NCBI GenBank assembly: GCA_900088475.1 | Contig: FLMG01000282.1 | Coordinates: forward strand, 1-49,660 | DNA: 49,660 nt | Origin: Hyphochytrium catenoides | Lineage: Eukaryota > Protista > Hyphochytriomycota | Reading direction: 5' to 3' | Shown: one piece after another, positions 1 through 10,687 of the stretch | Numbering within the stretch: position 1 is the first letter of the stretch | How the letters are laid out: every line of letters begins with the position of its first letter | Notes under the pieces: generated by a model | The model's input: the letters and a program-made list of their open reading frames with translations, nothing else | The model's database searches: none | Told to the model about the DNA's origin: nothing | Translations under genes and position numbers: made by a program

Positions 1-32
1 GAGAGAGAGGGAGAGAGGGAGAGAGAGAGAGA
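1..32. repeat. (GA)n-type microsatellite
   Basis: gagagagagggagagagggagagagagagaga at the window start. Confidence 0.9.
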
Positions 33-466
33 AAGGTCCAGAAGTGTCCTGCCAAGTTTGTTGCTCTCCCTCCTCTCTCTCCTTCTCTCCTTTCCTTCCT
101 CTATGAAAGTGCTAGCCCTTGTGCACTCCCTCTGTTTCCCCACTGATGCTCGCCTCGCCCTCTTCAGTGACGCTGGACGGCGCCTTCTCAGAAGAACTCA
201 GCCTGTGACAGCGTCATCGGTTCGGAGCCTGACGGGGCAGCATCCATTCTATTCGTAGAGAGAAGAGACAGGAGCTACTTGGCGGAGGAGGAAGACGGAC
301 GGAGCAGAAGTATTACGGAGACCTATCGGAAGTTATAATCGTTTTCGTCTTCTCCGCGCGGCCAGCCTGATGAAAAGCTCTGCTTTATAGACAGTCAACG
401 GGCCTGGCAGGTGAGATTAGCGCAGCGGAGTGGTAGGGTCCGTCTCTTCTCCGCTAGAGCTTGAAC

Positions 467-2945
467 ATGCAGCTGACAGCAGTAGCGAAATGGGTGGAAA
501 CCCGCACCACCTGCCCCGTCTCCAGCGTGGGACTTGATGAGTTTCTGGCTGATTTGAAGGATGGATCAACACTCTGCCTGCTTGCGAACGCCATAGAGCC
601 AGGAGCGATCAAGAAAATCAAGAGAGACGGCGGGCCCTACTTCACCGTCCTCAATGTAAAGTCCTTCCTGCGCTGGGGGAAGGACAAGGGCCTGAGGCCT
701 CACCAACTCTTTAACGAAGTGGATCTCAACGGTCAAGGCGATGGACAGGCAGTTGTGAAGTGCTTGGCAGCTTTGATAGAGTTGGTGGACCCGAGCTATG
801 GGGGAGGAAGTACCAATGATATCGCTTCTCAAAGCGACAGCCAGACTGTTAGCAGCAGCACGAGCAGGAGAAAGTCCTCGTCTTCTTCTTCCCTGGAGCA
901 GGCTTCGATGGGGTCCTCCAACACAGAGGACGGTGATAGTCAGAACGGAGGAGCCCCAAGAAAGAAATCATCGAAACTGCTAGCTTTCATGCAGACTGTG
1001 CCTCCAAACAGTGTTGTCCTGGGCGCTGAGGCTGGTGCTGAGAGCTCTCCCTCAACTCCTTCGCCTCCGCCGCCCTATAAGGCGCAAACAAGCAAAGAAG
1101 AGCCCAAAGCGTCCCCAGTAATACGGTCGCCAGCGAGGCTTTGGGGGAAGAGCTCCTCGAGCGATAGTAATAGAAAGTCTCCCAAGACGTCCACTGCGAC
1201 CTCGTCCAATGGCTCGTCAAGCCCGCGCTCTCCCCCTCGGACCAATGCGCCGAGCGTCGGCGCCTCTAGTGTTAGCAAGGCAAAGGCTTTCTTCTCTCAG
1301 ATAGTTTCCTCTTCCTCCTCTTCGTCTTTATCTTCGTCCGCCAAGCCTGATCCTCAAGCCATCGTTGAGAAAGAAGGGGAAGCTCCTCAACCTTCGATGA
1401 GCTCTCCTCGTCCTGCAAATGGTACACCATCACCTCCACACCCGCCAGCTCGAAGGCCCACACCGTCCAAGCTAACAGAATTCCTATCCGCTGTCCCTGG
1501 GAATGTGACAGAGGTCGCTCGTGTTGCTCCTACCTCCGTGCCTCCTCCTGTCCCAGTGGCAATGGATAAGCAACCGCCCAGAGTGCCTTCTACGCCGCCC
1601 ACCATCAAGGCCACGACTCCAAGAGAAGCACCAAACACGAAGACTTGGCCGCCGACTCCTCCAAAAGCCCGTGATGATCGTTCATCGCCCAGGGCAGACA
1701 GACTGAGGTCTCCACTAGGTCGCGATCGGTCCCACACTGCAGGCACAGAGTTCTCCGAATCGATCCAACCGGATGGCGATTATCGAGATCGTGCACGGAG
1801 CTATGGACCTTCCGGTGATCTGCCAAACAACGTCTTTGTAAAGCAAAGCAGCGGCATGGAGAATCTGAAGTTAGCACACTTTATTGAGGGATATTCCGGC
1901 GCTCCGGGAGAGCATGACTGGTACTCACTCTATGTAGAGCCATCGAACGAAAGCCCCATCTCGGACGCTGCCACTGTTCCGTATGAAGACGTGGATTCTG
2001 GCAAAGACACTCGGCACCATACCCCGCGAGGACCTGCGAGCAGGCTCCGCTCTGTCTTAGAGCTGGTAAGTCAGGATCCTACTCTGCGACGATCCTTTCC
2101 ATTATTTCTGATCAACGGGTTGCTAATCTGTCTAATTTCTGCAGGAAGGAGAGCTGAGTCGCATAAATCAGGAGAGAGACGCCCTCATGGCGGAGTTAGA
2201 AGCAGTTAAGGATCGCACTTTACACTTGGAGAGGAGCGTGGACGACATTAACGACCATATTGACAAGTTTCAGCAAGAGTTTGTCCACCGAACCTCTATG
2301 GTGGTCTCTCAGCTTCAGGCTAACGGGCAAGATCATAACAGCGGAGCCAGAAGGGAGGATAGCTCTCTTCAAGAAGATGTGTACATGCTGGTAGAGAGGA
2401 TGGCACTCCGAGAAAAGGAGATGGAAGAGATGAAACATGAGATGAAGCAGTTCGCGCGACGTCAACGCGAAGAAGTGGCGGATCTAAAGCTGCAGCTTCG
2501 CGCTGCCCGCGATGATGTGCTTGCCGAGATGCGAGAGAAGCTGGAGGAGCTCAGCAAGGAGAACAAGGAGCTGCAAAGTAGTCAAACAAAGCTCCAGCAG
2601 CAGGTGCGCACGCTGCGGGCTGACATTGCCGAGAAAGATATCGAGATCCAGTCAATGCGCGCGAAGGTCCAACAAATCTCGCTGGGAAGCCCTAGAACGT
2701 CTCTGGCACGGCGTCCCAGTGCCAGCGGCCGCAGCTCTCCACCGGTCTTTAGAGGTTCCTCTTCGCCGCCCCGGATGCGAGAGGAAGGATTGAGGCAATA
2801 CGACGAGCGAAGCAGTCCTACTCGTGATGAGAGCTCTCTGCCTCTGACGCCTCCTGCGGTGTCAAACCTTAGCAGGCCGACGGTCCCTCCCACCTCGAAG
2901 CTGGCAATGTTCATGTCGACGGTGGCTGCTAACGATCAATTCTAA
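467..2945 (+). CDS. Calponin-homology (CH) domain protein with Ser/Pro-rich linker and C-terminal coiled coil; 2 exons (467-2065, 2145-2945)
   Basis: N-terminal CH signature LKDGSTLCLLANAIEPG...NVKSFL...LF...DL...VVKCL. A GTAAG...GCAG intron (2066-2144) joins ORF 461-2209 in frame to coiled-coil ORF 2187-2945. Confidence 0.85.
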
Positions 2946-4320
2946 TACTATCTTTGCCGAGGAATTTATTATGGACGCTTAGCTTGGTCCTCAGCTATTT
3001 CATTACTCGTTCTTGCCCCATTGACACGGCTCTCTCTCTATTGGCAAGGTCTCGCCACAGATTGAGGCCATAAGTGGGCGGGAGATTGTTTGACGCTACC
3101 TAGTTCTGTGGTCGCCGCCTCGATGGAGTCTGCTGGCGCTCTACGAGGCAGCGTTCGTTTAGTAGCAAGTGCACATCAGATGCCCATCGTGTGGGTCAGT
3201 CCATGAGGAGTGACGGGAGATTGTTCTGTGCATCAGCTTGCAATTATAAAGGTGGTAGGACTCTTGATCGACGACCGGGTGCCAAAGCAGTCGTTGAGCA
3301 GTCTGAAAGTCAGTTTAGATCTACGGGAAGTGCTAACCATAAGGCAAGAGTTTGGCCCGGTGTGGCATCACGAAGAGCATATGAGTCTTTGAACAGTGTG
3401 ATGCGCCAAGGACTCTGGCACGATGTGTTCATCACGACGATTCTTCGAGGTTGTTCTGTCATGGCGTTGTGCCTTCCAGCGCTCAGTTAGTCTAAGCATC
3501 GGACACGTACAGCCAAGAGTGATCGGAGACTCATTTTTTACTCTCTCTCAACTCATACTCTTACTTGCAAGCTTCTTAGTGCCATCCCTCCCTCAAGCAT
3601 CAGTATTAAAACCTCTTACTCGCAGGTCCAACAAACCTGTTGGCAATCATCAGATCGCCAAACCATCTACGAGGCCGCCGCCGAGCCAGAGCCGAGGGCT
3701 TGAGGCAAGCTTCTGTATTTCTCAGGTTCTCAATGGCTCATTAAGCCTCTAGACTTCCCTGCTGTCTCATCCTAGTCATTAGCCGTAGCGGCACAACAGC
3801 ACCAGGGCACATGATCTGCAGATCTACAGCTCGGCTTCAGAGTCTGGAGCTCAACCAGACTGATGCCAATGTCTCGTACATTATTCCAAACCTGTCTCCA
3901 AATAATGAATTATCTCAGCCATAATGCCATATCCATCTAGAATAATACGCGAGACGTGTTCTGCCCACTTCCCCCTCAAAAAGTTTGACACAGTTTGGAC
4001 AGTTTTTCTCGCTTCCTCCTCTCGCCTTGCCAAAGTTCGCATTGCCCACGCCCAAGAGATCAACATCTAAGAAGCTTCGAAAAGCACGAGGAACTACCTG
4101 ATTATCAGTCGCTCCAGCACTGCTTCTTCGCCGAAAGTGCCTGGATAGAAGGAGACTCTATTGGTCCCAAGCGCAGTCTACGAACGCAGAATGAAAGAAG
4201 AGCACAGTGGTAGCTTATCTCCCTCAAGTGGGACTAGTCCTTGATATGTTGGGGTGCGAACTGTGAGGGCCTCCGGGGCTCAACATCTGTGTCTCGTGCG
4301 GCAGTCGGTTAATAAGATCT
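2946..4320 (+). mobile_element. Degenerate Helitron RepHel, element A part 1 (Rep/HUH region)
   Basis: Hand translation through stops and frameshifts: IFAEEFIMDA* (~2950; cf. LFQQF.VDAW), GREIV/LPSSV (~3078-3125; cf. GK.IILPSSF), LREVLTIRQEFGPV (~3320-3362; cf. L.....FG.V), NVSYIIP...CHIHLE (~3868-3942; cf. N..VVPYNP...CHINVE), HEELPDYQSLQHCFFAESAW (~4085-4145; cf. DEI..Y...RY.S..EA.W). Confidence 0.7.
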
Positions 4321-4324
4321 CAGA

Positions 4325-6304
4325 ATGAGGAAAGAGAGAGCAGGTTCATATCGCAGCGTAGGAGGGATTGGGCCAGCAGTGCCACAAGCCGCTTCGAGCT
4401 TTTATAGCAGCAGTGGTAGAAGACATAAAGACCATGAATCGGCATATCTTCTTGGTCCATCGACGGTATCCGCTGCTAGCGTACCTCAGTCCACACGCTC
4501 TCGGAGCTCCTTTAAGGAGGGTTGGTATCCATCGCGTCTGGCAGCTGTCGGCACACAATGGTCGGCAGTTTTCAATTTGGCAGCGTCCTCCATTGGAGGT
4601 AGAGTTAGAAGCATCCGCCTCGCCTCATGGCAGTGCACAATAGAATCTGATGTTGCTATTTCTTTCTAGGTTTTATTCTATTTCTACCTTTTAGCTTCCA
4701 GACATCAGGCATAGTTCCAGCACTGGTAGTGCAGCTACTGACCTTCGCAGCGACGGCGCACTCTATGGCAATGTTGGAACGTTCGTCTCGGCTCTCGATA
4801 CCGCAGCAGTTCTCCTATGAAGGGTAAGAACAGTGTGGTTGTCATCCATGAGGTTCCTGCGACTGACGATGCGACCTAGGATTTCGCGGTATTTCTGGGG
4901 GCCAACAGTGGGCCATTGTGTCCAGGCAAGTCTTATCGTCCTACTGCTTAGTGCCATCGTGCTTCTCTTGGACCTGGCGGGGGCCATCGTAGTGCCCGCA
5001 ATGGAGCTAGCTTTGGCTGCGGATAGTGAAGGTAGCTCTCAATGCAAAGTCAATCAGTGTCAATAACCCCTCTGTGCCTCTAACAACACCTTCTTCCTCT
5101 CTCAGATGACCTCCCAGCAGTCAGAGAGCTAGTCATTGGAGCCTGTGCAATTCTCTCCCTTCCCCTGTGCTTCTTCTCCCGCATACACCGCCTCTGGTAC
5201 ACTTCTTGCATCAGTGTGGGCTGCCTTCTATACCTCATGGGTTTCCGTAAGTACAAGCTGGGGTCACCCCTCTACTTCCCATCTCTTGCCCACCAAAGTC
5301 TCATTTCCGCTCAGTGGGTTATAGGGCTGGTGTTGCGTCTTTCAGAAAGCAGCAGGAATATGAAGCTATCACCGATATCCCACTCTTCACGTGGGGCACT
5401 GGCATACTCTGTACCATCTGCATCCAAAGCCTAGCGTTTACTTGTCAGTTTAACCTCCTTCCTGTCTTTGGAGAGCTTCAGGATGGTTTCCCGGACGCCA
5501 CGCGGAGGTAAGAGATGAAGAGACCACCAAGAAAGACCCTTGACAGCATCCTGAGGTACCTGCTAACCCATGCCACTGCCGTCACAAATGTGTCTAGAAT
5601 CAGGCTGTTCTACCTTCCGGTAGCCTATGTGCTCTACGGATTGTTAGGTGGGCTGCCTTCGTCCGCTCTTTTTGGTCAGTTAACCATCGAGTCACAATGA
5701 CCTTCATTGTCAATTCTCGCAGGCATCTTCGGCTTGTTGGCTTTTGGCGTGAAGACAAAATTGAATGTATTTGACAGCTTCAGAGACCCTCCGTCTACAG
5801 GCCTTCTATTAGCCAGAGTCTTGGTCACCGTTGCCATCATAATGAAGGTTCCTTTGCTGCTCCTTCCTCTAAGAAGGAGTCTGGATGACGTGATCGCTTC
5901 GTGCAGAGGAAGTGCTGGTACAGCAAACTTTTCGTTCTTGCTTTCACTTGCAACGCTTAACCATCATTATCGGGTTGATCGCAGGCGGAGTTCATGGCAA
6001 TCGGCTCATTGAGACAGAGTCCCCAACGCGCGCTATTGTCGCTGGGCGAACTCTCTCTATCTTTACGATTGCAGTTCTCTTGGCATTATTTGTGCCTCAG
6101 GTCGGCAAGATCTCAATGATCTCGGCCGCAGTAGCGGGTGCCTTCGTCTCCTTCATATTTCCGTCCTTGATCTTCTTAGGAACCCCTGCTCACAAACGCG
6201 AGAAGGTTAGTGGGTTAGCGACCCTAATGTACGGCTTTGTGGTTTCGATCGCTGCAGCTTCGTATGCTGTGGTTGAAATAGTAAGTGAACAGCGTTGGCT
6301 CTAG
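4325..6304 (+). CDS. Amino-acid transporter, AAAP/SLC38 (Aa_trans) family, multi-exon
   Basis: TM1 motif GTQWSAVFNLAASSIGG, then FILFLPFSFQTSGIV, SYE..ISRYFWG, AFTCQFNLLPVFGEL and FIFPSLIFL; many hydrophobic segments split by GT-AG introns. Internal exon borders are approximate. Confidence 0.85.
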
Positions 6305-9050
6305 CGCTGTCTTATTGGCCACATCTTTGGGGCTGGCTGTTCTATAATAGAGCTAGAATGTCATCAAGTGGTGCGTGCGAACGGCAGTCTTAGCGGACAC
6401 ACCACAGCTAAGAAGCAGAATGACCCAGCAGGTAGTCCCACGCTCAAAGGCTCATTGATAGTGGACTAAATGGAGCTCTTTATAGCTAGCAAAATGCCAC
6501 ATTCAAATACATCTAAGTTCTCTCGTGTAATGGACATAGAAGGAATTGACGGGAGCAAACCGATGCTATTATTTTTAGTAGGATGACAATCGCAAAATAA
6601 GACCAGCAACAAAAGCGGACGATACACTCTCTTTGGCAATTGGAGCGTTGGTGGGCGCTGAGAAGCACCACACCAACTAGAGAGGAGGCGAAAAGGAACG
6701 TGTAACAAGAATGAAGGAGAGAGAATGACATGGGTGTACAGGATAGATGAGTCAAGACGCCAGTTTTATATTGTTCGCTTCAGACCTTGCTTTGCTTGAC
6801 GCGCAGTTTCCACCTCAGTACACGCTAGGCAACACCATATATCTCTTCGTACTTCGCTTGCACAGAACGTGGTGGTTATCTTGAGGTGGACATAACAAAT
6901 TGATCTCACCCAGAAGTAAAGATCCGCCAAGAGGAACACAGTGACACCAGCGTAGAACGATACAACAGACCCATCACAAGCGCTGCATGACGATGGATTC
7001 GCGGACGCACGTACGCAAAAGGCGCATGCAGTGGAGTGGGGAAAGCCGCAAATACCCTAGACAGAAGAGGACGTAGCAGGGAATACAGACGGGTGGAGAG
7101 AACTGAACTGCGTCCTTCTGAATGAGCCGAAAAGAGACAAGGCAAACCCAACCGCCCTGATACAATGAGCTTCCGAATCTGCGAAATGGCCTCTGACCTT
7201 GATCTTGGGGGAAGCATGGGATTGATATCAAGCAGCCTACAAGATTAGCGGCCCAATACAAATTGTACTGGCACTGCGTGTCTACCTCATTGAAGACCAA
7301 GACCTTTCTTGTGTAAGCCGTACTGTACAAAGATAGACTTGTAGAGACCCTAGATCAGCGAGCCTAGACAGAGCACTCGACCAAATTCGGCTAACCGTTC
7401 AGGAAGACAGATTCAACGATGTTTGCGTCCGGACAATCTGGAATGGCTGACACAAGCGGTAATCGTGACGCGACACAAGCGGAAGAAAGCAGGCACCTTT
7501 CAACTCATTGACGAAAGCACCATCACGGGCTCGATCACCAGCTGCCACACTCCACCGATGGTTCAATCATAGACCAGCCATTGCTCACCCGTGAGCGTTT
7601 CGGTAGACTCACTGCAACTAACCAGCGAAAAGGGAGAGAAGATATTGAACCAGTTCCAGTACTCTTGATAATCAAATGAAACACCCCCTGACTCCAGTGG
7701 ACGATGTCTTCAGACCTTGTTCTTGCACCTTGAGACCTTGGTCTTGCACCTTGAGACCTTGTTCTTGCACCTTGAGACCTTGTTCTTGTACCTTGAGACC
7801 TTGTTCTTGTACCTTCAGACCCTGTTCTTGTACCTTGATTTTGCATCTTCAGACCTTGCTCTTGTAACCTGTTATTGAACACCTGTTCCCTGCTCTATAA
7901 TTCATACGTTGGCGCACAAATCTGTTCCTCGCCCTCGAAGCCTGTGTGAAGTCAATCGCTCTATAATAGGACGCCGCCATCCATCCCAGGATCTGCTACG
8001 GACGCCAAAGAAGAGATGACACCGACGCGGCCCAATCCAAAAGAAGGGGGAGAACAAGAGCCGGAAAGGAAAGAGCAACTGACGCAGAACCTCAACTGGC
8101 CTGAGGGAGGCTATATAGCTATATTCAGCAGCAAACTGCAGGAAGTAGTTTCTGGCGTAAGTAGATAGTATTGGTGGTAGACTCGGACAGGTGATGTAGT
8201 GATGATCCGCCACACCGGAGTGATACCATCGATACCATACTGGAAGACTCAATAAACTGAACACCTTGTAAAGCTTGACAGCTAGACTTGGGAATGCCAA
8301 GCACCTAGCACACGTCTCGAATCAAGATGGAATTTTACAAGCAACAGACTTACTCCTAGCTCCTTGTAGATAACCAAGCCCTTCCTTATCGGACGCCACG
8401 TGGAGAGTAACAGTGCGGCACTTGTCCTCGGAGATTGACAGTTCAGCAGTTGCCTTGGTAGCGCACCCACTAGGAAGGTTTGTTCCTGATAGAGAATACT
8501 CTCCTACTGCATGAAAGGATAACCTCTTGGAGAAGCTTGGAACTCACTCCGCTTAGGGAGATACGCAAATTTGAAGAGACATCAACCCAGCCACTAACTC
8601 ACAGAGAGTAACGCACTTCGTACCAATGTACCATTGTAGATGTTCATACCAACCCTCAGCTATCTCTGCCTTGAAGCTCTGCTGACAAGATGAGGCCGAG
8701 CGAGAACCAACGAAAAAGATCCAGTGCTTGATGTAGATGATGAACGTATTAAGACAGACAAATAGCTCCATAAAGAATATCCTGGTAATAAGTAGACGCA
8801 AAGGGACCATGCTCTGATAACAGGAATGATCTCTACCGTCCTCAATAGTGTCTCTGAAACTCCACGAACTAGACCAAGCCTCTAGATATCCTCAACGCGC
8901 TTTGAATACTTCTCTTCGAATCGAGGTGATATGTAATAACTTCTAATACCTGACAGTAGCAGGAAACACAGAGGTAAACCTCTACAGGAGGCAAACAAAA
9001 ACTCACAGATACAGTCAGGCATGGTCTTGAGTGAGGTAGCACCAAAAGCG
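6305..9050 (+). mobile_element. Degenerate Helitron RepHel, element A part 2 (linker + Pif1 helicase)
   Basis: GERMTWVYRIDESRRQFYIVRF (6716; cf. GRM..V....E.FYLR), SFHLSTR*ATPYISSYFACTERGGYLEVD (6805; cf. SF.DLRT..G..Y.TF.EAC..RGLLEDD), LVETLDQ..ALDQI (~7340-7390), FASGQSGMADT (~7422; Walker A), ATLHRWF (~7542), QLTQNL (~8076; cf. LT.NMR), RDINPATNSQRVTH (~8575; cf. RNLNP..GLCNGTR), SGMVLSEVA (~9015; cf. T.NVV..EV). Confidence 0.75.
7708..7867 (-). repeat. 21-bp tandem repeat (~7.5 copies, CTTGAGACCTTGTTCTTGCAC); the minus strand reads QEQGLKV heptads
   Basis: Units are directly visible; one copy is 8 nt short (7834-7846). Confidence 0.95.
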
Positions 9051-10169
9051 GCAAAGCTGACGCAGCGGGCTTGCTTGAGAAAGTTGGCTTGAGACCTTGG
9101 TGGAAAGTTGGAAAGTGAGGTCTGCAGTTGGAGTGGGCGGGGATGGGCAAAGGGAGTGGCCACTATGCAAAATATTGGGGGGTACCACCGGCTCCTCCTG
9201 GGGTACAAGGTTACTCAAGTTACAAGCTCTTGTTTTACAACAGTACAAGCAGACAGATACACCCAGCAACATGGGGGTACTACCTCCCTAGGTCTTCGTT
9301 GTCGCGCGGGTGGGTGTGAAAGGCCGGTCTGGATTGCTGCCTCCCACCCATTGTTTGCAGGTTTTTCATACGAGGATTGCTTTTCACTGTTTTCATGCCC
9401 ACCCAGCCTGGGAAGTCAATGGGGATGGGTGTGCAGGTGAGCACTTCCCGATATCTTATCGCCCAGTCATTTCCACTCACCAAACCCTACCGCAATTACA
9501 CAACCGCCCATCCGCCCCATGATAGAACGTAAGTACAGAAGTCAGCCCACCCGTCGTGGCTGTGTGGAGGAAAAGGTGGAGGGGATTGAGATTGAGATGA
9601 TGCACATAGAAGAGAGAGGAGCAGAGGAGAGAGAGAGACCAAGTTCCTTCGTCGATGTTCCAGTTTCAGAAATTCAGGGCAGGAGCGTGTTCGAGCGATA
9701 AAGAGTACAGACAGATGACAGATTATTCAAAACTGTACATTCTGCGGGAAATGGTAAAGTTCTTGATAACTAAACAAGCTTTTGAACACATAGTTTCTCG
9801 CTGTAGTATTTTTGCGTTACATTTTGTCTGATCTGCGTGCAGCTCTGCGTGCGTCCTGGGAAGTGTGAACAAGCCGCAGCTGGGAAGTGTGAAGCCTTCG
9901 TCGTCAGCGTACAGTTCCTGGGCCTTCTTCATCCTCCTCCAGGGGCCAAAACCATAACTATGCGGAATCTACAGTACTCTCCCAGCCGCAGTGTTTCTTG
10001 AGCATTGAGACTAACTTGAGTCAAGTGTGATGATCGCGTTTGTTTTGGTCACGGACTGCGAAAGAGTGCGCCCACCCGCAATAGATCGATCATGGGGTCA
10101 GTAAGTGCCCACTCAGTTGTTCAAGCTATAAGCTAAAGGAGTAGCCGTCCTTAAGAGGCGAAACCCCTG

Positions 10170-10685
10170 CCATTAGCAGCTCCCATGAGCCAACAAGAGG
10201 TGCTATCTACCGTCACCAGGATTTGTTACAATGGAATAGATGGGGCACTCCGCTCGCTTCCTCCCTGTCACCTGCACGTGATAGTGCGGCGGTGCAGCTG
10301 GTGGTGCATCTTTACAGCTTATATACGCATCATCAGTACATTACTCCCAATCTATTGAAGAAGTAGGTTAAGTCTAAATAGAGCCGAGAAAGTGAGACAA
10401 AGGGTGTTCAAACAACAAAAGCATGGAGCTTCATATCACAACGGACATCCACAGATGGCAAATGTATGTGACTCCACGCCCAGATATGGCACCGCTAACC
10501 TGAATAGCAGCTAAACATTATTGCGATGACCTTTTTGACTCAGCAATAAGCTCTCCCCCATGTAGCCAGCCATCGTCCTCCGCGCTGGCATACTTCTCAT
10601 ATCAACGAGACTACCGTGACCTCACGACAACGTTTTCTTCAGGTGCATGTTCCCATCCACTCCGCTTGGCAGAAAATGTACTCCG
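10170..10685 (-). mobile_element. Degenerate Helitron Pif1 helicase C-terminal part (element B)
   Basis: Minus strand: HFLPSGVDGNMHLKK (from ~10678; cf. L.PSG.P.H.L.LK), SHIHLPSV (cf. V.IPRI), HHQL/AALSRA with one frameshift (~10306-10272; cf. motif VI HGQLYVALSR). Confidence 0.7.
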
Positions 10686-10687
10686 CC

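Noticed and set aside
33-460. Upstream extension of element A beyond the CH gene
   Set aside because: Only a vague EKLCFIDSQ resemblance, which is not supportable.
7708-7867. CRISPR-like array
   Set aside because: Units are contiguous with no spacers; the context is eukaryotic and there are no cas genes.
9478-9492. AAACCCTA as a telomerase RNA template
   Set aside because: Only an 8-nt match, with no recognisable type-3 Pol III promoter or pseudoknot.
7902-9932. Short ORFs listed in the ORF track (7902-8300, 8553-8810, 8882-9208, 9723-9932) as genes
   Set aside because: No recognisable domains or splice structure; most are antisense shadows of the decayed helicase.
10058-10257. Possible hammerhead ribozyme or RNase MRP/U1-like RNA (GGGGTC...GGCGAAACCCC, pairing ends)
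   Set aside because: No CTGANGA core, no U1 5' end and no convincing MRP conserved regions; part of it overlaps the helicase C-terminal remnant of element B.
6400-10300. Fanzor/TnpB or retrotransposon remnant
   Set aside because: No RuvC, zinc-finger, RT or integrase motifs were found; the ordered RepHel motifs explain most of the region.
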